DNA of 60,889 nt, counting the filler, from Squatina squatina (taxonomy: Eukaryota), in NCBI GenBank assembly GCA_031763465.1. It is 3 parts of 3 records of this genome, joined end to end, with 100 filler letters (N's around TTAATTAATTAA, not from the genome) between each part and the next. Parts side by side here need not be neighbours in the genome. Positions count along the whole stretch, not along the records: positions 18,733 to 37,848 come from JARFOE010000222.1; 2 more parts are not named here. One strand, written 5' to 3'. Shown piece by piece: positions 24,501 through 36,975 of the stretch. How positions within the stretch are numbered: the stretch's first letter is position 1; the number at the start of each line of letters is the position of its first letter. The translations under genes and the position numbers were made by a program. The notes below the pieces were generated by a model. The model worked only from the letters and a program-made list of their open reading frames with translations, was not told the DNA's origin and did not search any database.

Positions 24501-26294
24501 CATTCTTTGATACCGGGAAAGTGGCACTAGCCCGTATTTACCCTGATCTCTTGCCACAAGCTGGGGCATTGGGTTTTTTGTTTCGGTTACTTGTCAGCTT
24601 GGCTCGGTTAGAAGCACTCTTGTCCCTGTAGCAGAAGGTCATAGGGTTTAGTCCCACAATGGACCCAAGCACATAATGTGCAGCACTGACAGAGTGCTTT
24701 ATTGTCCGAGGTGTTTTTATCCGCGCCGGAACTAAGACCGCCTATTTCCACCTCTGTAACATCGCCCGTCTCCGCCCTTGCCTCAGCTCATCCGCTGCTG
24801 AAACCCNNNNNNNNNNNNNNNNNNNNNNNNNNNNNNNNNNNNNNNNNNNNNNNNNNNNNNNNNNNNNNNNNNNNNNNNNNNNNNNNNNNNNNNNNNNNNN
24901 NNNNNNATACACTGTGGTAATTTAATATTCTGCTTAACAAATCACATGTGAGCAATAATAGATTAGCAATGACTTGAGAAGAAAAAGGACACTGCTTTAA
25001 ATATAAATGCTTGTTCTCATTCATTCAAATAATCTTTTCCCATTGTCATCGTAAAATTCTGCTGGGCATTCAGCGGAGGGCAAACGCTGCATTTAGCCTG
25101 TTTACGAAGTGGTATGATTTCCTGTGAATGTACGTTTCTTAATATAGAGAATGTGTCAATGGTTTAGCAATCCACAGCATGCAATACCTGAAAGTTGAGC
25201 TGTTGGTAGCCTCCTGGAATTAGCTACCTCCTTAGACAGAGATTACCAAACTGGGTGAAATTTAGTGGCAGGAGAGGGCAAGACCGGATCAAAGTCCCCT
25301 TTCCTAAAGTCACGTGCGGTGAAGTTTGACGGATACATTTTTTTTTCTCACTCTGATCACTGGGGAACATCCAGTCAATTACCACTTCCGCACTTTGTAA
25401 AGATGAAGGGGATCATTAAATGTTAGTCATGCTCCCAGTTGGGTTGGCCTGCCACTGTTAAGCAATCCTGGGCTTTGATCGGATTTTGGAAGAATCAACC
25501 TGTCAATGGTAATCGAAAAATAAAGCAGCGAGAGGTTGCATTTCTATAGTGCCTTTCATGACCTCAGGACATTGCAAAACACTTTACAGNNNNNNNNNNN
25601 NNNNNNNNNNNNNNNNNNNNNNNNNNNNNNNNNNNNNNNNNNNNNNNNNNNNNNNNNNNNNNNNNNNNNNNNNNNNNNNNNNNNNNNNNGACCATTGGGC
25701 TCATTCTCTGCTCTGCACTTCCATCGGGTGTCACTCTGGGCTGGGAGCGGAATCTGGCAATATTGGGACTTACATCCCTTATCAGCTGATCATCATTTCC
25801 GAGGTACCTGGGCCGTTTCATGTCTGTCAGCAGATAAGGTTATTTTTATTTGAAATACCACCAATACGCTCTCACGTTTTTGCTACTGAGTGACTCAAAA
25901 TCCAACGGCTTTCTGAATGAAAACGTTTGCCAAAACAATCATTGATCTGAAAACAGCAAATAGACTTGTGCATATAAAATGAATGGTGCAAACAAGGCTT
26001 CCATTTTGAAAGATCTACTTTGATGTTTCTGCAGAGGACTGAGGGTAAACAATTGTAAATCCTGCCCATTTTTAATTAAAGTGCTTTGACGTCTGGTCAC
26101 CTTCTATATTCAGATGATGAAAAGCAGGTTTAATGTGAACTGAAAATGCATCCAAGTGTTCTGACACACCGCACCCTCTGCTCAGCTTAATACANNNNNN
26201 NNNNNNNNNNNNNNNNNNNNNNNNNNNNNNNNNNNNNNNNNNNNNNNNNNNNNNNNNNNNNNNNNNNNNNNNNNNNNNNNNNNNNNNNNNNNNN

Positions 26295-27300
26295 GTAACA
26301 TGTGCCTGGGCAGTTACTGTGCCATGTGTCTGTGAGCATTTCCTGTAACATGTGTGTGGGCAGTTTCTGTACCATGTGTGTGAGAGCAGTTTCTGTATCA
26401 TGTGTGTGAGCAGTTTCTGTACCAGGTGTGTAGGCAGTTTCTTTGCCATTTGCCTGGTCAGTTGCTGTACCATGTGTGTGGGCAGTTTCTGTACCATGTG
26501 TTTGAGCAGTTTCTGTGCCATGTGCTTGGGCAGTTTCTGTACCATGTGTGTGGGCAGTTTCTGTGCCATGTGTGTAGGCAGTTTCTGTGCCATGTGCTTG
26601 GGCATTTTCTGTACCATGTGCTTGGGGCGTTTCTGTACCATGTGTGTGGGCAGTTTCGGTACCATGTGTGTGGGGAGTTTCTGTACCATGTGTGTGGGCA
26701 TTTACTGTAACATGTGCCTGGGCAGTTACTGTGCCATGTGTCTGTGAGCATTTCCTGTAACATGTGTGTGGGCAGTTTCTGTATCATGTGTGTGGGCAGT
26801 TTCTGTACCATGTGTGTGGGCAGTTTCTGTGCCATGTGCTTGGGCAGTTTCTGTACCATGTGTGTGGGCAGTTTCTGTGCAATGTGTGTGGGCAGTTTCT
26901 GTACCATGTGTGTGGGCAGTTTCTGTACCATGTGTGTGGGCAGTTTCTGTACCAAGTGTGTGAGCAGTTTCTGTACCATGTGTGTGGGCAGTTTCTGTAC
27001 CATGTGTGTGAGCAGTTTCTGTACCATCTGTGTGGGCATTTTCTGTACCCTGCTTGTGGCCAGTTTCTGTACCATCTGCCTGGGCAGTTTCTGTGCCTTG
27101 TACTTGGGCAGTTTCTGTACCATGTGTGTGAGAGCAGTTTCGGCATCATGTGTGTGAGCAGTTTCGGCATCATGTGTGTGGGCAGTTTCTGTACCATGTG
27201 TGTGGGCATTTACTGTGCCATATGCCTGGGCAGTTTCTGTACCATGTGTATAGGCAGTTTTTGTACCATGTTTATGGGCAGTTACTGTGCCATCTGTGCA
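26295..27300. repeat. 24-bp minisatellite, consensus GGCAGTTTCTGTACCATGTGTGTG, about 40 units (left end in gap)
   Basis: Visible tandem array; explains the 8-residue periodic ORFs on both strands. Confidence 0.95.
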
Positions 27301-28584
27301 TAATCTGTCATTAAACAGCAAATAGATGCCTCAGAATTTCAAAAAGAAATCTGACTGGAACAAATGCATTGAAATATTAGCCATGCACAAGGCTACCCAA
27401 ATCTTACAATTGCACTGCTCTGAATACCTAAACCAGACCCCTAACTCCTGCATTCTTCCAATCCTGTGGAGGATCATTGATGCTTTGAACATCCAACACC
27501 ACTAATCTGTTGTCCTGTAAAGGACTAACCATCTCCTGAATGGATATTCCTGGTATGTGATATGAATAGTCGCCAGTGTGAAGTATTAAAGCTGTGACAA
27601 CTTACTTTCCAATTTCTCTTGAATGGAGACATCTGCACGCTAAACCTGTGAGCTGGAAGCAATAGGCTTGATTCTATTGTGCATGATTACAGCACTTTAA
27701 TAGACTTCAAGAGATGGAAAGAGTCAAGTAATTTCATGCTAAGCTTTGCAGAGTCCATGCAAGGTGCGCAAGTTAAGTCAATTCATTAAGATGCAAGAAT
27801 CCATTTTCTACAGATGGTTTAAAATCATTAGTTTCTCTATTAAAAGTAGTTAAGAATAATTTTTAAATGTGGGAGGATTTAATGAGCTTTCATCAAATCT
27901 GCATTCAGCTCTGTTGCATTGGTTCCATACAACAGCAGCACAAAGGATATATACATGCCTTGTAGGCAGTTCATCGAAACATAGAAAATAGGAACTGGAG
28001 CAGGCCATTTGAGCCTGCTCTGCCATTCAATATGGCTAGATTAATTCCTGGGGTGAGGGTTGTCCTAAGAGTAGTAAAATGGACCAAGAAGAATGAGAGG
28101 TGATCTCATTGAAACTTAGAATTTAAATTCATAGCAAGGTTGACTGGATTAATGCAGAGAGGCTGCTTTCCCTGGCTGGACAGTCAAGAAATAGAGAGCA
28201 GTCTCAGAATAAGAGGTCAGCAATTCATGACAGATACAAAATTTCTTAACTTGTGAATCTTTGGAGTTGGCATCACTTTGTACTTAGTGTCTTTAATAGT
28301 GAAACATCCCAAGGCTCTTCACAGGTGTATTAAGAGATGGAAACTGGACACCGAGCCACCCAAGGAGAAATTAGGGCAGGTGTNNNNNNNNNNNNNNNNN
28401 NNNNNNNNNNNNNNNNNNNNNNNNNNNNNNNNNNNNNNNNNNNNNNNNNNNNNNNNNNNNNNNNNNNNNNNNNNNNNNNNNNNAAAGACAAGGCTACAAT
28501 GTGTAACCCCTGTTTTCTGACCAACACTTGTAACTAATGAGACTCCATGGCAGGAGTGGAGCCTACGATTTGTGTGTGTTAGGA

Positions 28585-29391
28585 ATATAGGAAGGAATAT
28601 AGAAACAGGATTAGGCCATTCAACCCTTCGAGTCAGTTCTGCCATTCAATGAGATCATGGCTCATCCGTACCATATCTCCATCCAATCACCTTAGCTCCA
28701 GATCCTTTATACCGTTGTCTAGCAAAAATCTATTGACCTCAGGTTTAAAATTATTATTTGAGCTAGCATGTGATGCTTTTTGTGGGAGAGAGTTCCACAC
28801 TTCTACCATCTTTTGCTTGAAAGAAAGAAGGAAAGTCTTACACTTATATAGTGCCTTTCATGTCTTCAGTTTACAGCCATTAACTACTTTTTGGAGTGTA
28901 GTCACTGTTGTAATGTAGGAAACGCACCAACAATTTGTGCACAAGGTCCTACAAACAGTAATGTGATAATGACCAGATAATCTGTTGAAGTGATATTGGT
29001 TGAGGGATAAACATTGGCCTGGATACCAAGGAAAACTCCCCTATTCTTCTTCGAATAGTGACATGGAATCTAAGAGGGGAGACATGAAGAAGTGTTTCCT
29101 AACTTCTCTCCTGAATGGCCTGGCTCTGATTTTGAGGTTATGTCCCCTTGTCCTTGATCCCCCCCCACCAGCAGAAAAGTTTCTCTCCACCTACCCTCTC
29201 AATTCCTTTCAAAATCCTAAAAACCTTAATCAAATCACCCTTTAACCTTCTGTATTCCAGTGACTACAAGCCTAGTTTGTGTAATTTCTCCTCATAATCA
29301 AACCCTTGGACCCTTGGTAATATTCTGATGAATCTGCGGTATACTCCTTCCAAGGCCAATATATCCTTGTGTGGTGCCCAGAACTGTACAC
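28585..29391 (-). mobile_element. CR1 LINE 3' region interrupted by a DeuSINE
   Basis: CR1 tail and hairpin from 28585, gagttccacacttctacc up to about 28820, resuming at about 29085 (tgaagaagtgtttcct...) through gtgcccagaactgtacac (VQFWAP on the minus strand). Confidence 0.75.
28824..29062 (-). mobile_element. DeuSINE 3' half nested in CR1
   Basis: gaaagaaggaaag tail, gtagtcactgttgtaatgtaggaaac, gaccagataatctg, ttgagggataaacattggcc, ttcttcgaatagtg. Confidence 0.8.
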
Positions 29392-31927
29392 NNNNNNNNN
29401 NNNNNNNNNNNNNNNNNNNNNNNNNNNNNNNNNNNNNNNNNNNNNNNNNNNNNNNNNNNNNNNNNNNNNNNNNNNNNNNNNNNNNNNNNNNACAAAAAAA
29501 AGGGAAAGGAAGAAAGTAATTTTTGGAATAAAATAAGAGCTCTCAGTGTCGACAGCTAAGAAGCAAGTAACTGGAGGGTGGCGGGGCAAAGCAGACAGTT
29601 GGTACAGATTGACAGCTGAGACTGAACGCTTCTGTGACTAGCTTGTCGCACCAAAGAGAGCTCGGCTGCTAAAGCAAAGATTTCTGTCCGCGGCAAAGAG
29701 CTGGCCAGCTGACAGTAGCAGGACGTCAAGGCAGGGCGACTCGGAGCCATCATGACCTCCACTGACTTTGGGCGATAAGGTTAAACAAAATGTTTTATAC
29801 TTTAATTTACATAAATAAATGAATGCACTGTATTTGACATTTTAAGCCGGCTTACACATTAGTAACTGGTGCGTGGTAATTTTTTAAATGTAATACAAAA
29901 AAATGGTTGTCGCAGACAAACCGCACTTGCTTGCTTGTTTTTCCTTAATCAGCAACAAGAGACGTTAACCCTGGTGCATCAACGTCTAGTTATAAGTAAC
30001 TTTTAAAATTTGTCCTGACTGGTTGCATATAACAAGATTCGATTTTTTTTATATTAAGAGACTTTTAAAATAAAATATTAATGAGACATTTATTGGTGCT
30101 GCAAGTACAATTATGAATAATGGTTACAAGGCAGATTGAAATAACTGGGTCCATCGGACTCTAACAAGAAAGCAAAATGCTTCAAAGGAATGGAAAGGCA
30201 AGAAATTGTTCTGTCTATAGAGTCAGGCTTAAAACATGGAAGAAGTTGAAAATGCATTGATATATCGCTTAACGAGTAATAAGAATTTATTAAACATATT
30301 TCTTTTATTTGGGAATGTCAGTACACATTGGATTCCAACGTAGTTGCTTTTTTTTAAACATTTACAACTTTTCTCTTACTTTATTATCTAGCATTTCAAA
30401 TATAATTATTTTGAATAGTGTTTTTCCTTTACTGTGATTATTCAATTGTTGACTAGAGTGTAGGAAATACCGTGAGTGTAGTGTTTAAATAGATTCGTTG
30501 AAAGAAACAGGGTTTGCCATTGAAAGTCCTAAGCACAATAATAAAAGACCTTTGCCTGCTGTCATACGGTTTTTGTGTACACAGTAAACAGAATTGCAGA
30601 TCTTTAATAATTGCCATGGGGCACCTGGGGGAGACAGATATAGGCATGAGGTGTTTTGCTTAGATTAATGGGATTTCCATCCAGTCGAATGAGCTCCAGG
30701 GCCTTGCGAACATAGTGTATGTCCTTTGAATTACAGAACGTGTCATCATNNNNNNNNNNNNNNNNNNNNNNNNNNNNNNNNNNNNNNNNNNNNNNNNNNN
30801 NNNNNNNNNNNNNNNNNNNNNNNNNNNNNNNNNNNNNNNNNNNNNNNNNTAATCATGGCCATGTTTATTGCACAAATTAGAACATTTTATAATTAACTTT
30901 CCAAATCAATCAATAACGCTTCCTTTGCTGTCAAGTTGATTTCGTTTGGAACAACAACTTAGAAGCACCAAACTCCCTATTCCTCTAGCCCCAGAAAACT
31001 ACAATCTGTAAAGTTTATCAAACTTCCCATGCAGCTACCTGCCAGAAGTGGAAGACTCATTCTAATTTCTTTTCACGGGTACGTAGGCGTGGTAAACTCT
31101 TGCTATTCTCTAGCGTGTGTTTGAAACTGTTGGAATTCGGGCTGGGGAAGGCTAGTTGACAGCATGTGAAGCAGGGACAGCCAGCTGTTTGTAATGCCTA
31201 GGCTCTATGTGTGCTGTGAGTTGAACTCTGCCATCTTTGGTTCATTAGCGTTAAACGCCATCACCCTGGTGATAAAGGTCGCATTCCAGAACCAACCTGT
31301 TGAAGTCAGGGTAGTAGATTGCCAGCTAATGCAAGTGTGCCAATAAGCATAGGCTCTCAGCAGTCTGCTCAGTTTGTGGGGATAGGTTTTTAAAATAACG
31401 TAATGGCTAAAATAGACACTGATGGTCTAAGTTTTTTTTTACATTATATTATTGTTCGAAAGCACCTTTGGTCCTTCCTTGCTAGTTAGTGTTTGTTACG
31501 CAGTAGCAGTGTCACATGATGTAGTATTTACTTTTTTGTGACATCATGGCTATTAATTTATTGTGAACAGAAAAAAATATTCATAGTTCACACGCAATAC
31601 CTGCATGGGAGTTAGTAAGACACAGCTTCACATGACATTTTAAAAACAACATGATATATTCAGTTGAAACTAGCCCTTAACACTGAATGGCCCGTCTGGC
31701 CTAAACCGTCTCTCCCTTAGGGAATAGGTAACCACTAGAACCGAGGCCAAGATTATAAACAACACCAAACATAGGGCAATTTATAAAATGTTACCTACAA
31801 GCTATTGCCAGTGTCAAGAAGAAGTAGGTTTATTAGATATAGAGTGACAAAGCCCTCTTATTGAATAGTGCATTCTGGTTAAAACTGTAGGAAGGTTTTA
31901 AAAAGAGCATGTAACTTNNNNNNNNNN

Positions 31928-32116
31928 CAGCTCTTCCTCGTAGTCATAGAAGTTGCTTGCATCCTGATTCACATAGTCAGACTCTTCAAAATGATCATCG
32001 GGTAGTAATTGTATTTGTTTCAATTTCTTTGCTGTCTCCTCATTCTTTGTAGGGGCAGCAAAAACTGCCTCCAGGCTTAGAAGTCCCAACAATACTATAT
32101 AGGCAAAGGTCTTCAT
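31928..32116 (-). CDS. EPYC: Class III SLRP (epiphycan-like) first coding exon
   Basis: Signal peptide MKTFAYIVLLGLLSLEAVFAAPT resembles EPYC MKTLAGLVLGL...APT; acidic Tyr-rich segment follows; acceptor 9 nt before ATG; position downstream of LUM-KERA. Confidence 0.7.
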
Positions 32117-34919
32117 TCTTGAATTCTTGAAGATATAAATAGTTTCATTAGTATTTCTATGAACGGCAGTGCTCTTTTTGCATTAAGTTACTTGCGCAGA
32201 AAAAAACTCTCTTCAGTTCCTTTAGGTGTATCCAGATTATGGACTTGCAATAATAAAGTAGTTGCTCTTTACAATTATATAAAAAAAGATTATAATTATA
32301 CCCAATATATAGAACCTATCTAATGCAAAGCAAGTATAATTCAAATGCTAATTTCTTCAAGCAAGCTAGATCCATTTCAAATAATGCATTCTTGTGTATA
32401 TATACATATCAAGTTATATTCAGCCAGTGCAGACTGGCTTTTTTTTTGCTGCATTTCCATTGACAGACAGACTTTCCTATATGAAAGCAGGTCTGTGTAT
32501 GGAGTTGCTCTAATCACGACTATATGAAATTCCTTTGGGAGCAGAGGACTGCTGTACAGCCCATGGGTTTCACACTGGTTTCCTTTTCAGACCTCTTCAC
32601 ATAAACCCTTCAGCCAAAGGGTAAAATATTGAGACAGACGAGTTACAGTGAGGCTTTGTAGGCTAACTTCAGTTTCAGAAATAGTTTCTTTTAAATTAAA
32701 AAAAAGGTGAAGCAGATGACCAGTGATTTCAAAACCTTCACCTTTTCCCACAGAAGCATTCGTTTCACTCACATAGCGGAATTTGTAAATTAAGAGTTGT
32801 GACCATTTAATGTTTTAAACGCAGGCATGCAAGCTTATTTTGTATGCCTCTCACTCAGTATCTATCTAGGTCCTATTTTACTTGGCCGAGTGAAGCTCCT
32901 GGCATTCTCTCTGTTAGCTCAAAAGGTGGAACAGTTTTCTCTTTGTTACNNNNNNNNNNNNNNNNNNNNNNNNNNNNNNNNNNNNNNNNNNNNNNNNNNN
33001 NNNNNNNNNNNNNNNNNNNNNNNNNNNNNNNNNNNNNNNNNNNNNNNNNNNNNNNNNNNNNNNNNNNNNNNNNNNNNNNNNNNNNNNNNNNNNNNNNNNN
33101 NNNNNNNNNNNNNNNNNNNNNNNNNNNNNNNNNNNNNNNNNNNNNNNNNNNNNNNNNNNNNNNNNNNNNNNNNNNNNNNNNNNNNNNNNNNNNNNNNNNN
33201 NNNNNNNNNNNNNNNNNNNNNNNNNNNNNNNNNNNNNNNNNNNNNNNNNNNNNNNNNNNNNNNNNNNNNNNNNNNNNNNNCTTGAGTACTTAATATGTAA
33301 ATGGTTGGTCTGTACTTTTACATTGATGAAAACCAAAAAGTGAAGACATTTCGATGCTGTAAATGAATCCAAAGCCCAAATACTCACCCTCAGCTGCTAC
33401 CCTCTGAAATGGTCCAAAGTGGTAAGACGTAGACCAGTGATGATGGAATTCAGGGCTGTAAGAGGGAGGTACATTTATGTGATCCAGGGGCTGCCCTTGA
33501 ATGAAGTGAAGCTGGCTCTTTACCTTCAGTGTGCGCTGCTGCTGCTGCTCCTGAGTGGTCTTTGGGACAAAGTGTTTACTTTCGTGTAACCTAATACCAC
33601 CTCTGCAAGTGTATCGGCAAAAATAACACACACAGCACCCTAAGATTTACAAATGGGTTGTGTTCTATGCTCGTAAAAGCTTTCCCAGAGTTTGCAGTGT
33701 AACACAAGCATGTCCTTTTGTGGTAAAGCTGGAAGACCAGTGCACCCGGGACTTTTTCCACGATTGAATGCTTAATCCAATATGGATAGGATTTTGCTGA
33801 TGCCTGCACATCTGCCTGCCGATGTGTTACACTAAGGAGGAATGCCTTCAGTCCGACACCATGCGGTGTCTGAAGGCCACTGTTATTCTGATATTTACGC
33901 AAGTGTTATTCTATATTATTTTAGGTAAACCACTATTGCATTCTGACTTAGTTTTGATGTTAACTACATCTTATACCAAATTAATTTAAGCACAGACAGG
34001 AGCATTCCTGCTATATGGATGTTGCTTTGTAGCTGGTTCTTTATCTTTTGACTACACACATTGCTTTGTGACGATTTTACAATTTCTGGCTGTGTTGATG
34101 GCAGATATGTTTTCATAGCTTCCTTTAGGCCAAACAATGACACCAAGTAATTCTGAAAAGTTAGTAAGTCTGCCACCACCCTTTTCACATTGACACAACC
34201 ACCTCTATTTAGAGATCCTTCACAGGAGCCCAAATTCCTCTCCTGTAACATCCCATTAGCACCTCTGAGGGGCGCTAATGGGGTGTTAGAGGAAAAAATG
34301 GCGTCGGGAGGCGGCCATCTCGCCTCCCGGGAAATTNNNNNNNNNNNNNNNNNNNNNNNNNNNNNNNNNNNNNNNNNNNNNNNNNNNNNNNNNNNNNNNN
34401 NNNNNNNNNNNNNNNNNNNNNNNNNNNNNNNNNNNNGTGGAGACTCGAGAAAAGTGATGGTGAGGTTACTGTTATCTTGCATTGATTGTGCATGTTTAGT
34501 ACAAATGAAAGTCCTGCTTGGCAAGACAGTGCCCACGCTCATCCATTACAATCAATAGAAAGGGTAGGCACTGTGTTTTGTAGGGAAATAATGTCCTTAA
34601 GGTGTCTGCAAGATTAATTCCAGCTCCATGTCTAAATTCCTAATTTGCTCTCCTGGTTGGCAAAGTTCTGCCCCAGGAGCGCAAATTCATAACATCCACC
34701 CCATAATTTCATTGAGAAGAGAGTGAACTGGTATGTGAACCATTACTACAAGTACCATAAACCTGCTTCAAGTGCCCACCCATTGTGAATAGCCTGCATG
34801 TGTCATACCTGCTAATTTCTGAATCTCATACCTGTGGGTTGTCCAGCTTGTGAATTATGCTTGAAAATATTTACTGTGGTTCTCAAAACAATAAGCTTTT
34901 ATAATAACCCGCTACTTAC

Positions 34920-35376
34920 TTTTGATTTGGTTGTGGTCAAGATACAAATGTTCGAGACTGAAATGGATGGGTGGAACAGCAGTAAGTTGATTGTGTGATA
35001 ACTGCAAGTCTAGTATGGAGGACACGTTAAAAACAGTTTCAGGAATTCCAGTGTCAGAAATCTTATTGTGATTTAGCCTGACGAAAGACAGCTTGGGCAG
35101 GCTGCTGAAGTAGTTCTGTGGTATGGCTTTAATGGAGTTACTGTCCAAGTAGAGTTGCAGAGTTGAAGCTGGGATCTGCAGGGGCATTTCCTCCAGGTTA
35201 TTTTTGGCCAAATTGAGCTGCATCAGAGCCTTCAGTCCTTGAAAAGTGTTTGCCTGAATGACGAAGTCTTTCAGTTTGTTACCCTGGAGGTCAAGCAACA
35301 TCAGCTTCTCCAGGTTTGTGAAAGCATCCTCGGGTATGCTGGAGATCTGGTTCCTGGCCAGACGCAACTGTTCCAG
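34920..35376 (-). CDS. KERA: Keratocan large exon, 3' half only
   Basis: LEQLRLARN...LMQLNLAKN...RLNHNK...VSSILDLQLSHNQLT...LDHNQIK is closer to recalled KERA than PRELP; phase-1 donor A|gtaagt at 34920/34919; in-frame TAG at 35401-35403 upstream. Confidence 0.8.
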
Positions 35377-35640
35377 GCACAGTGAAAATAATGCGAAGTA
35401 CTACACATAAATTTTGGGTAAATATCTTGAATGTTAGACTTATGAATAAACTGAAGGGCTGCCAAAGCTGTGCAGTTTTCTTGAAGTTGATTATATAACC
35501 TAAAAAAACTTTTGATTTCAGTCACCAACTCTGTAGAATCNNNNNNNNNNNNNNNNNNNNNNNNNNNNNNNNNNNNNNNNNNNNNNNNNNNNNNNNNNNN
35601 NNNNNNNNNNNNNNNNNNNNNNNNNNNNNNNNNNNNNNNN

Positions 35641-35712
35641 TGAACTCTAAATTTCTCCCAGTCCTCAGGTTTGCTGCTTTTTCTGGCCAATTTGTATGCC
35701 TCTTCCTTGGAT
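35641..35712 (-). mobile_element. CR1 ORF2 fragment
   Basis: AYKLARKSSKPEDWEKFR, typical of the shark CR1 ORF2 linker between endonuclease and RT. Confidence 0.6.
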
Positions 35713-36466
35713 TTGATTTTGGTGATATTGTATCCACCTTGATGAAATGCACTTCAAACTTGAATATCTTTTTGATTTTTTTTTAACTGTAGTTGCTATT
35801 TGGTAACAACACATTGACATGCATAACATACATAATGTGAAGTATACACGGTAGATTTACTGAGTGGCTGGTATTTTGGAAGACCCGAGGAGCTGATTGT
35901 TATAGTTAGTGAATTGTTCCAGCATGAATTTGTAACTAAGTTAATTTCAATATTCATCAGCAAATTTTACTTTTTTCCGCATTGACAGTATATTGGAGAT
36001 TCACTGGAAGACATCCACTTTACTTGGAGCAGCCCCCAGACATCTCCGAGTTACTAAATCCATAGAATTTCATTGGCTGATTTTTTTTGGTTGGCGTGAG
36101 ATGTGATGTTCAGTGAAAAATCTTGGGTGCATCGCATAATATCTTCAACTATTTAGAAATAAAACATTTCTCATAAGTAGCCACATGACTAAAGCATTGT
36201 AGGAATCAAATTTGACCGGAAGACATTTTGATTATAATGATAGCATGGTAAATGTTAGCAAATCAATCTGCATTTTGGTAATATAAGGATTTTTGGGAAG
36301 AGAAAAAAAATGTCATTTTCATAGATGAATCCCTCCTACCCACCTACTCACTATATCTCTCAATCTGTTCGCCCTGCAGAAATGCACCCAATTGCCTTTG
36401 AACTCACTGCTACTCTCTGTACCAGTTGCATTCTGGTGTAGCAAATTTTCCAAGTCTTTTATATAA

Positions 36467-36610
36467 CAACATAAGAATTAGGAGCAGGAGTAGGCCATTC
36501 GGCCCCTCGAGCCTGGTCCACCATTCAATATGATCATGGCTGATCTTCTACTTAACACCACCTTCCCGCACTATCCCCATATCCCCTAATTCGCTTAGTT
36601 CCCCAAAATG
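36467..36610 (-). mobile_element. CR1 LINE 3' terminus
   Basis: aacataagaattaggagcaggagtaggccattcggcccctcgagcctg...ccattcaatatgatcatggctgatc. Confidence 0.8.
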
Positions 36611-36975
36611 TTTCCGTGCGACGTGAATACATTTCTTCCTGACTTCCCAGCTTACTCCTAAATTCCTAATTTTTAACTTGTGACTTCTGATATCTGAACT
36701 CGCTGACATAGTGAGCACTTTACCTGGAACAACTTCAACTAGGGCCACCTTGAAGTCTTCCAAAGAAGAGGTTGCTAAATCCAATAATCTAATGCTCTGT
36801 TTTCTTATTGAGGGCAGTCCTGCCATTGGCACTTCCACTGGGGAATGGCACTCGCAGGGAATGCAATTTGGAAAACTGCACCATTCACCTGTTCGAAAGC
36901 TTCCAATTGCAGATTTACCCCTCAGTGCTTATTCATTTTATTGAGGGAGCTTTGGAATTGTGATGTCCGACTTAC

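Noticed and set aside
26072-27321. Long Cys/His-rich ORFs (131-287 aa) on both strands
   Set aside because: By-products of a 24-bp stop-poor minisatellite; open in several frames, frame changes at variant units, no splice signals or unique domain
33844-33877. Small hairpin GCCTTCA-GTCC-GACACC-ATGC-GGTGTC-TGAAGGC
   Set aside because: 13 bp of stem with a bulge; matches no IRE, SECIS or histone stem-loop consensus; plausible by chance
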